A stretch of DNA of 64,000 nucleotides from the NCBI GenBank assembly GCA_016296775.1, contig JAEDIE010000002.1, forward strand, positions 7,958 to 71,957, written 5' to 3'. The translations under genes and the position numbers were made by a program. Shown here one piece after another: positions 9,119 through 18,572 of this stretch (positions are counted from its first letter, which is position 1; each line of letters opens with the position of its first letter). This DNA comes from Bacilli bacterium. GTDB lineage: Bacteria > Bacillota_I > Bacilli_A > RFN20 > CAG-826. The notes under the pieces were generated by a model. It was not told the DNA's origin and made no database searches. It worked only from the letters and a program-made list of their open reading frames with translations.

Positions 9119-10252
9119 TTAATGAGTTTTTACAGGTGTTAATAATTGAATAACTGTTGGATCATTTTTACCAACAATTACAAATGGTTTCATCTCGCCT
9201 TGGAAACAAAGGAGAACTTCTGAAGTTTTTAAAGCTTTGATTGCACTTAAAACTGGTTCACATTTAAAACTGATTTCTAATCTTTCACCTGTGTATTTAA
9301 ATAAATTTAATAAAACTGAACTATTACCATTTTGATCAGAGTTACATCTAAACACAACATTGCTTTGAGACATGTAACATCTAATTGTGGTACCTTTTTC
9401 ACCACTACTTGCTGAGAAAACGTTTGCTGTTTCGATTGTTTTAATTAAATCGTTAGCATCAGCTTCTAATGTATAAACAAAATTCTTAGGAATAATATTT
9501 TTAACATTTGGATATGTACCTGGTAATAAAACTGAAGAAATGACAGTATCTTTTAATTCAGCTAAGATTCTCTTGTCATTTACATAAAGATTAATTGTTT
9601 CTTCATCTGTAATAGATTTAGCGATTTCTTGAATTGTTCTAACAGGAACTGTTGTATTAAATACTTCACTTATTTCAGCTTCAATTTCTTTTTTAGCAAG
9701 TCTAGAACTATCTGTAGCTACAAAATTAACTGTAGAGCCGTTTCCTTCGATATTTACACCAGTTAATACAGGTTTTAAATTTTTAACACTTGCTGCAAAA
9801 CAAACTTGTCCAACAACATTAACTACTTCGTTAGCAGGTAAAGTAATTTTTACTCCTTTAAAAGAAAAATCTAAATCAGCATATTCGTTAGCATCAATAC
9901 AATGTAAATTAAAACTTGCTTGGTTATCAACTTCAATTCTAGCTTCATAATCGTCTAAAACATCAAAAGTAACTTCTTCCCCATCGAGTCTTTTAATGAT
10001 ATTACTTAAAATATCACTGTTAGCTAAAATTGCTCCTGGATTTATATCTCTAATAATTTCTTTGTTATCTTTGAAGAATGGAATTGTTGTTGTAATAGAA
10101 ATATCACCGTTAGATCCTATTAAAATTAAATTTTGAGTAGTTAATTCTAGTTTAACATTAACAAAAATTGGATTTGTATGTTTGATAGGAATAATTTTAC
10201 CAACTTGTAATAATGCTTTAAGAAATTCGTTTTTATTAATTTTAAATTTCAT
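9119..10252 (-). CDS. dnaN: DNA polymerase III beta sliding clamp
   Basis: 377 aa. Position after dnaA, three-domain length and an AGGAG RBS all fit. Confidence 0.95.
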   Translation of the reverse strand: MKFKINKNEFLKALLQVGKIIPIKHTNPIFVNVKLELTTQNLILIGSNGDISITTTIPFFKDNKEIIRDINPGAILANSDILSNIIKRLDGEEVTFDVLDDYEARIEVDNQASFNLHCIDANEYADLDFSFKGVKITLPANEVVNVVGQVCFAASVKNLKPVLTGVNIEGNGSTVNFVATDSSRLAKKEIEAEISEVFNTTVPVRTIQEIAKSITDEETINLYVNDKRILAELKDTVISSVLLPGTYPNVKNIIPKNFVYTLEADANDLIKTIETANVFSASSGEKGTTIRCYMSQSNVVFRCNSDQNGNSSVLLNLFKYTGERLEISFKCEPVLSAIKALKTSEVLLCFQGEMKPFVIVGKNDPTVIQLLTPVKTH

Positions 10253-10296
10253 ATATTTATTTCTCCTTTATTTATATTTTTAATAATAATAAATGA

Positions 10297-10314
10297 TGTG
10301 GATATTGTGGAAAT
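10297..10314. other. oriC part 2: two abutting DnaA boxes in the dnaA-dnaN spacer
   Basis: TGTGGATAT (10297-10305) and TGTGGAAAT (10306-10314), the reverse complements of ATATCCACA and ATTTCCACA. Confidence 0.7.
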
Positions 10315-10338
10315 TGTTGATTATTTTTAAAAACCATA

Positions 10339-11703
10339 TCATTTCCCGCTTATTTTGGACTTTAATGTGTCAATTACCTTCTTTGTTTCTGGGTCACTTT
10401 TCAACATTTCATCCACTTTAGAAATGCTATGCATAATTGTTGTATGATCTCTATTAGAGAAAGTCTCACCAATTTTATTTAAAGAAACATCTAACATATT
10501 TCTGATTAAGTAAATAGCTATTTGTCTAGCAATAACTATTTGTCCAGTTCTTAATTTTCCAGTAATTTGAGGAACACTTAGATTGTAATAGAGTGCGACA
10601 GCGTTAAGAATTTTTTGTTCACTTATTGTATTTTGAACATCTTTTACACTAATTAAATCTCCAAGAGCTTCATAAGCTAAATCTAAATCAATTCTTGCAG
10701 AATGGCGTATGTTTTTGATAAAAATTATACGATTTAATGCACCGTTTAACTCTCTAACTGAACTAGTGAATTTTTGAGCCATAAACGAAATAACATCGTT
10801 ATCAAAATCATCAACACTTAGATTTGCACCGATAATTTTCTTTTTTAATATGTTTTCACACATTTCTTGAGTAGGTTTGTTAATTTGAACGGTTAATCCA
10901 TCCATAAAACGAGAAACAAGTCTTGCATCAACTCCACTTAATTCGCTAGGAGTTTTATCGCTTGTAAGAATAATTTGTTTCTTGTTTTGAATAAAATACT
11001 GAAAAATGTTAAAGAAAAATTCTAATGTTTTATCTTTTCCTCTTAACATTTGGATATCATCGACTAAAAAGATATCGTGATCTTTAATAAATTTAGATAA
11101 TTCTTCGTTTTTATCTTGTCCTCTGACAAATTCAACGTATTGATAGAAGAAATCTTGAGCAGTAACGTAAAGAATTTTTAAAGATGGGTTTCTTTCTTTT
11201 AAAAAGTTGCTAATAGCGTTTAAAAGGTGTGTTTTGCCAAGACCACTACTACCATAAATGAATAATGGGTTGTAACATTTACCTGGAGCTGAAGCTACAA
11301 ATAAACTAGCTTGTGTAGCTTCCTTATTGCTAGGACCTGTTACAAAATTATCGAAAGTAAAAGATGGATCAACAGAGCAACCTTTAAAGAAAACCCTATT
11401 ATTTCTCGACTCAATTTCAGAAATTGAACTATCTTTAAGTTCTTCGTGATTAACAAAAATTACTTTAAAGTTGGTACCAGTAATATTGTTTACTACATTA
11501 TTAATTAAGTCTGAATATTGTTGAGATAATATTGTTGCGGCTAAACTTGAGTTACAAGAAACTAAAATTTTATCCGCTTCAACAGAATGAATATAAGATT
11601 CGTTTAAAAAAGAATCACATATTGTTTTATCAATCTCTTTTGATAATTCATATAAAACTTTTTGCCATAGGACGGACATATCATTTAATGTATTTATCTT
11701 CAT
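10339..11703 (-). CDS. dnaA: Chromosomal replication initiator DnaA
   Basis: 454 aa with the AAA+ Walker A GSSGLGKTHL, the Walker B FLVDDIQ and the C-terminal HTH SNRDHTTIMHS. A GGAGG RBS is present. Confidence 0.98.
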   Translation of the reverse strand: MKINTLNDMSVLWQKVLYELSKEIDKTICDSFLNESYIHSVEADKILVSCNSSLAATILSQQYSDLINNVVNNITGTNFKVIFVNHEELKDSSISEIESRNNRVFFKGCSVDPSFTFDNFVTGPSNKEATQASLFVASAPGKCYNPLFIYGSSGLGKTHLLNAISNFLKERNPSLKILYVTAQDFFYQYVEFVRGQDKNEELSKFIKDHDIFLVDDIQMLRGKDKTLEFFFNIFQYFIQNKKQIILTSDKTPSELSGVDARLVSRFMDGLTVQINKPTQEMCENILKKKIIGANLSVDDFDNDVISFMAQKFTSSVRELNGALNRIIFIKNIRHSARIDLDLAYEALGDLISVKDVQNTISEQKILNAVALYYNLSVPQITGKLRTGQIVIARQIAIYLIRNMLDVSLNKIGETFSNRDHTTIMHSISKVDEMLKSDPETKKVIDTLKSKISGK

Positions 11704-11750
11704 AATAATATTTCCTCCCTAATTTAAGTACGAATATTTTATATTAGAAT

Positions 11751-11943
11751 TGTGGATATAAAAAGGTAATTTTTTGGTCAAAATTAGTTTTCCACAAGAG
11801 TAATTATAAGAAATATGCGCTATTATCGGTATTTTATGGATTTCCACAAAATGAAAATGTGGAAAACTATGTGGAAAAGTCCCATATCTGTGGAAATGTG
11901 TGTATTTGTTGATAACATTCCACAAAAAATAATTTTATCCACA
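11751..11943. other. oriC part 1: cluster of 8 DnaA boxes upstream of dnaA
   Basis: Boxes lie at 11751 (rev), 11788, 11840, 11858 (rev), 11870 (rev), 11889 (rev), 11916 and 11935. They follow the form nTnTCCACA: TTTTCCACA x3, ATTTCCACA x2, ATATCCACA, CATTCCACA and the consensus TTATCCACA. Confidence 0.85.
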
Positions 11944-12078
11944 TCTAAAAACTATCGATTGTATCGAAAAAATAGTTAGTTATCTACCACTTTAAATTTA
12001 TTTTTCTACATGATGTTGATAACTAAAAATTGATCATAAAATTTAAGATTTAAAGATATACTATTAATTAATTAAAAA
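11944..12078. other. AT-rich candidate DNA-unwinding region with two degenerate DnaA boxes
   Basis: Very AT-rich stretch between the last strong box and the rpmH promoter, containing TTATCTACC (11980-11988) and TGTTGATAA (12014-12022). Confidence 0.4.
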
Positions 12079-12108
12079 TTGACTTATATGTATAAATACA
12101 TATATAAT
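12079..12108 (+). promoter_or_regulatory. Candidate rpmH promoter
   Basis: TTGACT (12079-12084), an 18 nt spacer, then TATAAT (12103-12108). A GGAGG RBS follows before the ATG at 12138. Confidence 0.55.
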
Positions 12109-12137
12109 TTAAAAGCACATATTGGAGGAATATATTT

Positions 12138-12287
12138 ATGGCTAGTAAAAAAACATATCAACCAAGTAAGGTTCACAAGATTAGAACACATGGTTTCAGA
12201 GAAAGAATGTCTACTGCTAAAGGTAGAAAAGTTTTAGCTTTAAGAAGAGCTAAAGGTAGAAAATCATTAACTGTTAGTGATAGATGA
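12138..12287 (+). CDS. rpmH: 50S ribosomal protein L34 (absent from the ORF track because it is under 60 aa)
   Basis: Hand translation gives [49 protein letters not shown], ending in a TGA stop. The stop overlaps the rnpA ATG (ATGA). Confidence 0.95.
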   Translation: MASKKTYQPSKVHKIRTHGFRERMSTAKGRKVLALRRAKGRKSLTVSDR

Positions 12288-12622
12288 AAAAAGAATTCGT
12301 TATAAAAAAATATCAAGAATATCAAGAAATTATTAAAAAAAGAAAGTTTAAAAAATCTTCAAGTTTTACAATTTATTATCAATTGAGTGAAAATCCATTT
12401 CCTAGAGTTGGATTATTAGTCGGAAAAAAGAATGGCATTGCTGTTATTAGAAATAAAATCAAAAGACAAGTTAGAGTATTTGTAGATAAATATATTGATG
12501 ACGATTTAAATTTAAATTTGATTATAGCGATGACTAAAAATTATGATGTTTCGAAGTTTAATGAAAACGAAGAAGAATTTAAAAAACTAATTAACTCTAT
12601 TAAAGGAGATATAAATGAATAA
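12284..12622 (+). CDS. rnpA: Ribonuclease P protein component
   Basis: 112 aa, basic, with the RNR-like motif [13 protein letters not shown]. It sits in the conserved rpmH-rnpA-yidC order. Confidence 0.9.
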   Translation: MKKEFVIKKYQEYQEIIKKRKFKKSSSFTIYYQLSENPFPRVGLLVGKKNGIAVIRNKIKRQVRVFVDKYIDDDLNLNLIIAMTKNYDVSKFNENEEEFKKLINSIKGDINE

Positions 12623-14462
12623 AAAATCAAAAATTACACTTGGAATAGCTGCTTTAGTTATATTTGGTGGCTTACTTTCATCATGTAATTCTTTTTGTTC
12701 AAATGTTGATATCTCCCATTTTTTATATGCATATGATCCATTAAATAACGTTTACTTCAACAATACTGAAGATGCATATGATTACATGGAATATACTTTT
12801 AAAGAACAAAAAGATTATTACGAAGGATATTACTATACAAAAGATAGAATTTATTTTATTGGAGAAGACGGAAACGAATATCAAGTTGCTTCAAATGAAG
12901 ATAAAGTATTTAAAAACTATGGAAATTTAACATATATTAAACCAGGAAGTTATTTTTTAAAGAAAGCAAGTTCTACAACTGATATTACAGGAAATAACAA
13001 TAATCTTTCATACGTATTTGGTTTAAATAGCTTTACAAAAACTGTTAACACTACTGCTTCTAGTAGTGGAATAATTTTACCATCATACACATTCTTTGAA
13101 AGAGCTGATCAAATTATCTTAGACACCATGTTAGATAATGTATCAATGTATCAAGAGTTTGGCTTTGATGATCATCTTGATTTAAATGCTGTTAAAGGAA
13201 TTAATAAAGATAATGTTACCTATGAAGATTTATATGGTTACACAGCTAAAGAATATTTAGACTTTACAAAAACTGGTGAAAACGTAGATGTTTTACTTGG
13301 AAAAACTTCTACAAACGAAGGAAGAAAATCTATTGATGGAAACGATGTCTTAATTAAAGTTGGTGGAAGAAACTATTCTTTAACAACAAATCTTGGTTAT
13401 TTAAAATTTTATAACGAAGAAACACCTAAAGATTATTATAAAAACTTAACTATTATTAGCGATAAACTCGCTGCAGAAATTGGTATAGATCAAGTAGTTA
13501 CAGAAAACTATCTTGCTATATATAAACAAAATTTGGATACCAAAGTTGCTTCAATCAAAACGTGTATCACAACTGAACAAGGTTTCTATGGATATATTAA
13601 AGGTAACGACGCTTTAAACGAAACAGTCTCTATTGAAGCTAAGGCTTCTAATTTCTGGGCTGATTGGGGAAACGCTTTCTCTAAACATGGTTTCTTAGAA
13701 GGCTTATTAGTTTACCCAATTTCTTATTTAGTTGATACTTTTGCACATTCATTTGGTATGAATGGTTGGGGACAAATTTTCGCAGTTCTTCTTGTTACAG
13801 TTATTGTTAGACTTATATTTATGGCTGTTACATTACCATCAACAATTTCTCAACAAAAACAACAAGCATTACAACCTGAACTTGCTAAATTACAACAAAA
13901 ATATCCAAATAGTAATACTAATGATTACGAAAAACAAAGACTTGCTCAAGCTCAAATGGCACTTTACAAAAAACATAAAGTCCATCCATTCTTAAGCTTA
14001 CTTGTAATGATCATTCAATTCCCATTATTTATTAGTGTTTGGAACGCTCTTGCAGGATGCGCTGCTTTAAGTAGCGATGCTGTTTTAGGATTAAGACTTT
14101 CAGATACAATATGGAATGTTTTATCTTCATTTAGTGGATGGCCAGGAAATCCTGGGTGGTGGACTGCATTAGTTTTAATTCTTTTAATGAGTGGTGGTCA
14201 AATTTTATCAATGTTAATTCCACAATGGCTCAATAAAAAACGTATGAAAGCCGTTGAAAAAACTCATGCTAATCCAACTGCTGATTCTCAAGCAAAAACA
14301 ATGAAGTACGTTCAATGGTTTATGATCGCCTTCACTATTATCCTTGGATTCACACTTCCAAGTGCTATGGGTGTTTATTGGTTAGCAGGTTCTATCTTTA
14401 ATATTGCTCAATCCGTAATCATGCATTTTATATTTAATAAAAAGAAGAAGGAGAGAAAATAG
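12615..14462 (+). CDS. yidC: YidC/Oxa1-family membrane insertase with a long N-terminal lipoprotein ectodomain
   Basis: 615 aa with a lipobox at LLSSC (Cys24). The conserved core runs from about residue 385 (VRLIFMAVTLPSTISQQKQQALQPELAKLQQKY), and the tail is basic. Confidence 0.9.
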   Translation: MNKKSKITLGIAALVIFGGLLSSCNSFCSNVDISHFLYAYDPLNNVYFNNTEDAYDYMEYTFKEQKDYYEGYYYTKDRIYFIGEDGNEYQVASNEDKVFKNYGNLTYIKPGSYFLKKASSTTDITGNNNNLSYVFGLNSFTKTVNTTASSSGIILPSYTFFERADQIILDTMLDNVSMYQEFGFDDHLDLNAVKGINKDNVTYEDLYGYTAKEYLDFTKTGENVDVLLGKTSTNEGRKSIDGNDVLIKVGGRNYSLTTNLGYLKFYNEETPKDYYKNLTIISDKLAAEIGIDQVVTENYLAIYKQNLDTKVASIKTCITTEQGFYGYIKGNDALNETVSIEAKASNFWADWGNAFSKHGFLEGLLVYPISYLVDTFAHSFGMNGWGQIFAVLLVTVIVRLIFMAVTLPSTISQQKQQALQPELAKLQQKYPNSNTNDYEKQRLAQAQMALYKKHKVHPFLSLLVMIIQFPLFISVWNALAGCAALSSDAVLGLRLSDTIWNVLSSFSGWPGNPGWWTALVLILLMSGGQILSMLIPQWLNKKRMKAVEKTHANPTADSQAKTMKYVQWFMIAFTIILGFTLPSAMGVYWLAGSIFNIAQSVIMHFIFNKKKKERK

Positions 14463-14465
14463 TTT

Positions 14466-15110
14466 ATGAGAGAATATACCGCTAAAACTGTTGATATTTG
14501 TCTTGATAAAGCTAGTAGCGAACTTAATGTAGAAAAAGACAAATTAACATATGAAATTATCGAAGAAAAGAAAGGTTTCTTAGGAATTAATAAAAAAGTA
14601 ACTATTAGAGTCTTTGAATTTATTGATGTTGTTTGTTATGCTGAAGACTATTTAAAAAATGTTTGTAAGACATTAGGTCTTGAAATTTCATTAAAATCTT
14701 TTACTAAAGATGAAATCATTAAGATCTTAATCGAAACAAACGAAAACAATCTTTTAATTGGTTACAAAGGTGCAACACTTCAATCTTTAAATGAATTAGT
14801 TAAACTTGCTGTTAGTAATAAATTTAAGAAAAAATATAGAATTTTATTAGATATTCATGATTACAAGAACAAGAAATATAATATTGTAATTAAAGTTGCT
14901 AAAAATGCTGCTAGAGAAGTTTTAAAAACACATATGGATATTAAATTGAATCCTATGACACCAGATGAAAGAAAGAAAGTTCATAATGCTTTATCAAGCA
15001 TGAAAAACGTTAAAACAGAATCAATTGGTGATGGAAAAGATAGAGCAATCGTTATTAAATATGTAAAAGAAGATGCTCAAGCTGAAAAACCAGGCCAAAA
15101 AGAAGAATAA
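14466..15110 (+). CDS. jag: Jag/KhpB RNA-binding protein (Jag_N, KH, R3H)
   Basis: 214 aa in the conserved position after yidC, with the R3H-type region PMTPDERKKVHNAL. Confidence 0.85.
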   Translation: MREYTAKTVDICLDKASSELNVEKDKLTYEIIEEKKGFLGINKKVTIRVFEFIDVVCYAEDYLKNVCKTLGLEISLKSFTKDEIIKILIETNENNLLIGYKGATLQSLNELVKLAVSNKFKKKYRILLDIHDYKNKKYNIVIKVAKNAAREVLKTHMDIKLNPMTPDERKKVHNALSSMKNVKTESIGDGKDRAIVIKYVKEDAQAEKPGQKEE

Positions 15111-15112
15111 AA

Positions 15113-16432
15113 ATGTTTGAAACAATTGTCGCATTAGCTACTCCACCATTAAAAAGTGCTTTAGCAATTGTCCGTTTAAGCGGAGACAATTGTTTTTTTG
15201 TAGTGAATAATTTCTTTTCTAAAGATTTAAATAAATATACAAAAAACACTATTATTCATGGCCAAATTTTAGATGGTGATGAATTAGTCGATGACGTTGT
15301 TTTACTCCTTTATAAAGACCCAAATTCATTTACAGGAGAAAATAGCGTCGAGATTATTAGTCATGGTTCACCATTAATATTTAATAAAATTATTGAATTA
15401 GCAATTAAACACGGAGCAAAAATGGCTGAAAGAGGAGAATACACTTCTAGAGCTTTTTTGCATAATAAATTAGATTTAATTCAAGCTGAATCTATTAATG
15501 ATTTAATTAATGCTGAAAGTGAAGAAAGCAAAAAATTATCTTTAATGAGCTTGACTGGAAAAACATCTTCTTTAATTGCTCCATTAAAAAAAGATTTCGT
15601 AGATTTATTAAGCAACATTGAGGTCAATATAGATTATCCAGAATATAAAGATATTGAAGAAATTAATAATGAAAAAATAGATAAAATAGTTAAGAAAAAC
15701 ATAGTTTATATTGATAAATTGTTAGCCGATGGAAAGAAGGCAAAAATAATTAAGGATGGCATTAATATCGCTATAGTTGGAAAACCAAATGTAGGTAAGT
15801 CTTCAATTTTAAATGCTTTAATTGGTGAGGATAAAGCCATTGTTACTAATATTAAAGGAACAACAAGAGATGTTGTTGAAGGTAAATTTATTTATAAAGG
15901 AATTGTTGTTAATCTTTTTGATACTGCTGGTATAAGAGAAAGTGATGATGTTATAGAAAGTATTGGAATTAATAAGTCTATTAAAAAGATTGATGAAGCT
16001 GATTTAGTTTTAATGGTTTATGATTCTTCAAATATTAATGAAGAGGATAAAGAAATTGAAGAGTTATTACATAATAAAAATGTTATTTATGTATATAACA
16101 AAGAAGATTTAGTTGATGAAAAAGATAGTGAAAAACTATATGTTTCAACTATAAATAATGACATTGAAATATTAAAAAACACTATTATTTCCCGTTTAAA
16201 TTTAGATAATTCAAATTATTCTAATCCTTCTATCAATAATGCAAGAGAAATAGGAATTTTAGAAAATATAGTTCAAAAACTTAAAGATATTCAAAATCAT
16301 GTTGATTTACCAATTGATTTGTTAGCATCAGAATTAAAAGAGGTACTTAATCTTGTTCTTTCAATTACTGGAGAAGATTATGATTTTGATATGATAAGCG
16401 AGATCTTTTCAAGATTTTGTGTTGGTAAATAA
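15113..16432 (+). CDS. mnmE: tRNA modification GTPase MnmE
   Basis: 439 aa with the N-terminal TIVALATPP, the G-domain GKPNVGKSS and DTAG, and a C-terminal CVGK. Confidence 0.95.
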   Translation: MFETIVALATPPLKSALAIVRLSGDNCFFVVNNFFSKDLNKYTKNTIIHGQILDGDELVDDVVLLLYKDPNSFTGENSVEIISHGSPLIFNKIIELAIKHGAKMAERGEYTSRAFLHNKLDLIQAESINDLINAESEESKKLSLMSLTGKTSSLIAPLKKDFVDLLSNIEVNIDYPEYKDIEEINNEKIDKIVKKNIVYIDKLLADGKKAKIIKDGINIAIVGKPNVGKSSILNALIGEDKAIVTNIKGTTRDVVEGKFIYKGIVVNLFDTAGIRESDDVIESIGINKSIKKIDEADLVLMVYDSSNINEEDKEIEELLHNKNVIYVYNKEDLVDEKDSEKLYVSTINNDIEILKNTIISRLNLDNSNYSNPSINNAREIGILENIVQKLKDIQNHVDLPIDLLASELKEVLNLVLSITGEDYDFDMISEIFSRFCVGK

Positions 16433-16433
16433 A

Positions 16434-17225
16434 ATGATTTTTGATACACATATTCATCTTAATGATGAAAAATATAACGATCTAAATTTAGTAATAAACG
16501 AAGCAAAAGAATTAGGAGTAAATGCCTTTTTATGTATAGGATACGATTTAAAAAGTAGCAAAAAAGCTATTGAAATCGCAACCCTTTTTGATAATGTTTT
16601 TGCTAGTGTTGGAATTATTCCTACAGAGAATAAACAATATAATGACGAATCAATAAATGAATTAAGAAATTTAGCCAAATCAAGTTCAAAAGTTAAAGCA
16701 ATTGGAGAAATTGGTTTAGATTATTATTGGGAAAAAGAAGATAATATTAAAGAAAAACAAAAGAAAATGTTTATTGAACAAATTAATTTAGCTAATGAAT
16801 TGGATCTTCCGGTTTCGATACATGCTAGAGATTCTTTAAATGATACATTAAATATTTTAAAAGAACATAAAGTTAATAAGGCTGGCATTATGCATTGTTA
16901 TTCTGGTTCTTTAGAATTGGCAAAAGAATTTATTAAATTAGGTTATTATATTGCTTTTGGCGGAGTTCTAACCTTCAAAAATTCAAGAGTAACTAAAGAA
17001 GTAATATTAAATATTCCTTTAGAGAGAATTGTTTTTGAAACAGATGCTCCTTATTTAAGTCCTTCACCATTTAGAGGACAAATAAATTTACCAAAATACA
17101 TAGTAAATACCGTGAATTTTGCCAGTGATTTGTTAAATATTGATGAAAAAGAACTTGAGAAAATTGTTTTTAATAATTCTTTAAATATTTTACACGTGGA
17201 AAATTATGAAGGTAAACTTAGATAA
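16434..17225 (+). CDS. tatD: TatD-family metal-dependent DNase/hydrolase
   Basis: Begins MIFDTHIHLND, contains EIGLDYYW, and has a C-terminal ETDAPYL. The ATG at 16434, right after the mnmE stop, is preferred over the GTG at 16419 in the ORF track. Confidence 0.9.
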   Translation: MIFDTHIHLNDEKYNDLNLVINEAKELGVNAFLCIGYDLKSSKKAIEIATLFDNVFASVGIIPTENKQYNDESINELRNLAKSSSKVKAIGEIGLDYYWEKEDNIKEKQKKMFIEQINLANELDLPVSIHARDSLNDTLNILKEHKVNKAGIMHCYSGSLELAKEFIKLGYYIAFGGVLTFKNSRVTKEVILNIPLERIVFETDAPYLSPSPFRGQINLPKYIVNTVNFASDLLNIDEKELEKIVFNNSLNILHVENYEGKLR

Positions 17226-17754
17226 TTCAATTATTGTTGTAGAGGGTACTTCAGATAAAAATTATTTATCTTCTTTTGTTGACTCTTCTTTTTATATTGT
17301 AAATGGATCAGCTATCTCTAGTAAAGATATAGAATTTTTAAAATTAGCATCAAAAAATAAAAATATTATTATATTAACAGATCCTGATTTTCCTGGACTT
17401 CAAATTAGAAATAAAATAAATTCAGAAATTGAAGGATGTTATAATGCTTTTGTAAAAAAAGAATTATCTATAAAACACAATAAAGTTGGGGTTGCTGAAT
17501 GTGATAAACAAGAAGTAATAAGAGCTCTAGAAAATATTAAAGTTTTTAAAAAAAGCAAGGAAAACACTATATTTTTAAAAGATTTGTTTGATTTAGGACT
17601 ATCTGGAAAAGAATATAGCAAAATATTAAGAGATAAAATTTCAGATTATTTAAATATTGGATATTGCAACACTAAACAACTGTTATTTAGAATAAATTGT
17701 TTAGGTATAACTAAAGATCAATTAAAGGAGGTAATTAAACATGTTGGATACTAA
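17206..17754 (+). CDS. rnmV: Ribonuclease M5 (Toprim domain)
   Basis: 182 aa with VVEGTSDK and ILTDPDFPG. It follows the conserved tatD-rnmV-rsmA order. Confidence 0.85.
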   Translation: MKVNLDNSIIVVEGTSDKNYLSSFVDSSFYIVNGSAISSKDIEFLKLASKNKNIIILTDPDFPGLQIRNKINSEIEGCYNAFVKKELSIKHNKVGVAECDKQEVIRALENIKVFKKSKENTIFLKDLFDLGLSGKEYSKILRDKISDYLNIGYCNTKQLLFRINCLGITKDQLKEVIKHVGY

Positions 17755-18562
17755 AGAAATTATAGAATTCTTTAATCTTGAACAATCACATGCAAAAAAA
17801 GAATTAGGTCAAAACTTTTTAATTAACAAAAAAGTATGTGAAAACATAGTTTCATTACTTACTATTAATGATAATGAAAAAGTATTAGAGATTGGTCCAG
17901 GCTTAGGCGCTTTAACAGATATATTGGTTAAAAAAGAAATTGATTTAACTTGTGTCGAATATGATGCAAAGTTTGTTAATTATTTAAATTTAGGATATGG
18001 AAATTATCCTAATATTAAAATAGTCAAAAACAACATTATTAAAGAAAAAGAAGTGGGATTTGATAGGGTTATTGGTAATTTGCCTTATTATATGACTACC
18101 GATATTATTTCATATATAACTATAAAAGATACTAATTTAAAACAATGTGTTTTCATGGTTCAAAAAGAATGTTTCTTTAGAATCACTAGTTTAAGTGGAA
18201 AAGATTTTAATGGTATTAATGTGTATTTACACTATATGTTTGATATTCATAATTGTTTTGAAGTTAAGAAAAACAATTTCTTTCCTGTTCCTAGTGTAGA
18301 TTCGCTAGTATTTGAATTAAATAAAAAAGAATCATCTTCTTTAGAATATGGTTTGAAATTATTTAAAGTAGCAAATTGTTTATTTATTAATAGAAGAAAA
18401 ACTATTTTAAATAATTTAAATATGATAGTAAAAAATAAAGAAAACACTGCTAAAATAATTGGTGATTGTAACTTAAAAGAAAATTTAAGAGCTGAGCAAT
18501 TAACATTAGAAGATTTTAAAAACGTTACTAATGTTCTAATTAGAGATGGTTATATAAAGTGA
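17741..18562 (+). CDS. rsmA: 16S rRNA (adenine1518/1519-N6)-dimethyltransferase
   Basis: 273 aa with LGQNFL, the SAM motif EIGPGLGALT, and NLPYY. Confidence 0.93.
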   Translation: MLDTKEIIEFFNLEQSHAKKELGQNFLINKKVCENIVSLLTINDNEKVLEIGPGLGALTDILVKKEIDLTCVEYDAKFVNYLNLGYGNYPNIKIVKNNIIKEKEVGFDRVIGNLPYYMTTDIISYITIKDTNLKQCVFMVQKECFFRITSLSGKDFNGINVYLHYMFDIHNCFEVKKNNFFPVPSVDSLVFELNKKESSSLEYGLKLFKVANCLFINRRKTILNNLNMIVKNKENTAKIIGDCNLKENLRAEQLTLEDFKNVTNVLIRDGYIK

Positions 18563-18572
18563 GGTATTTAAA

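Noticed and set aside
11719-11925. A 68-aa ORF on the minus strand upstream of dnaA (…FPHSFPHFHFVEIHK…)
   Set aside because: Its sequence is simply the translation of the repeated TGTGGAAA/TTTCCACA DnaA boxes. It has no RBS and lies inside oriC, so it is a spurious ORF.
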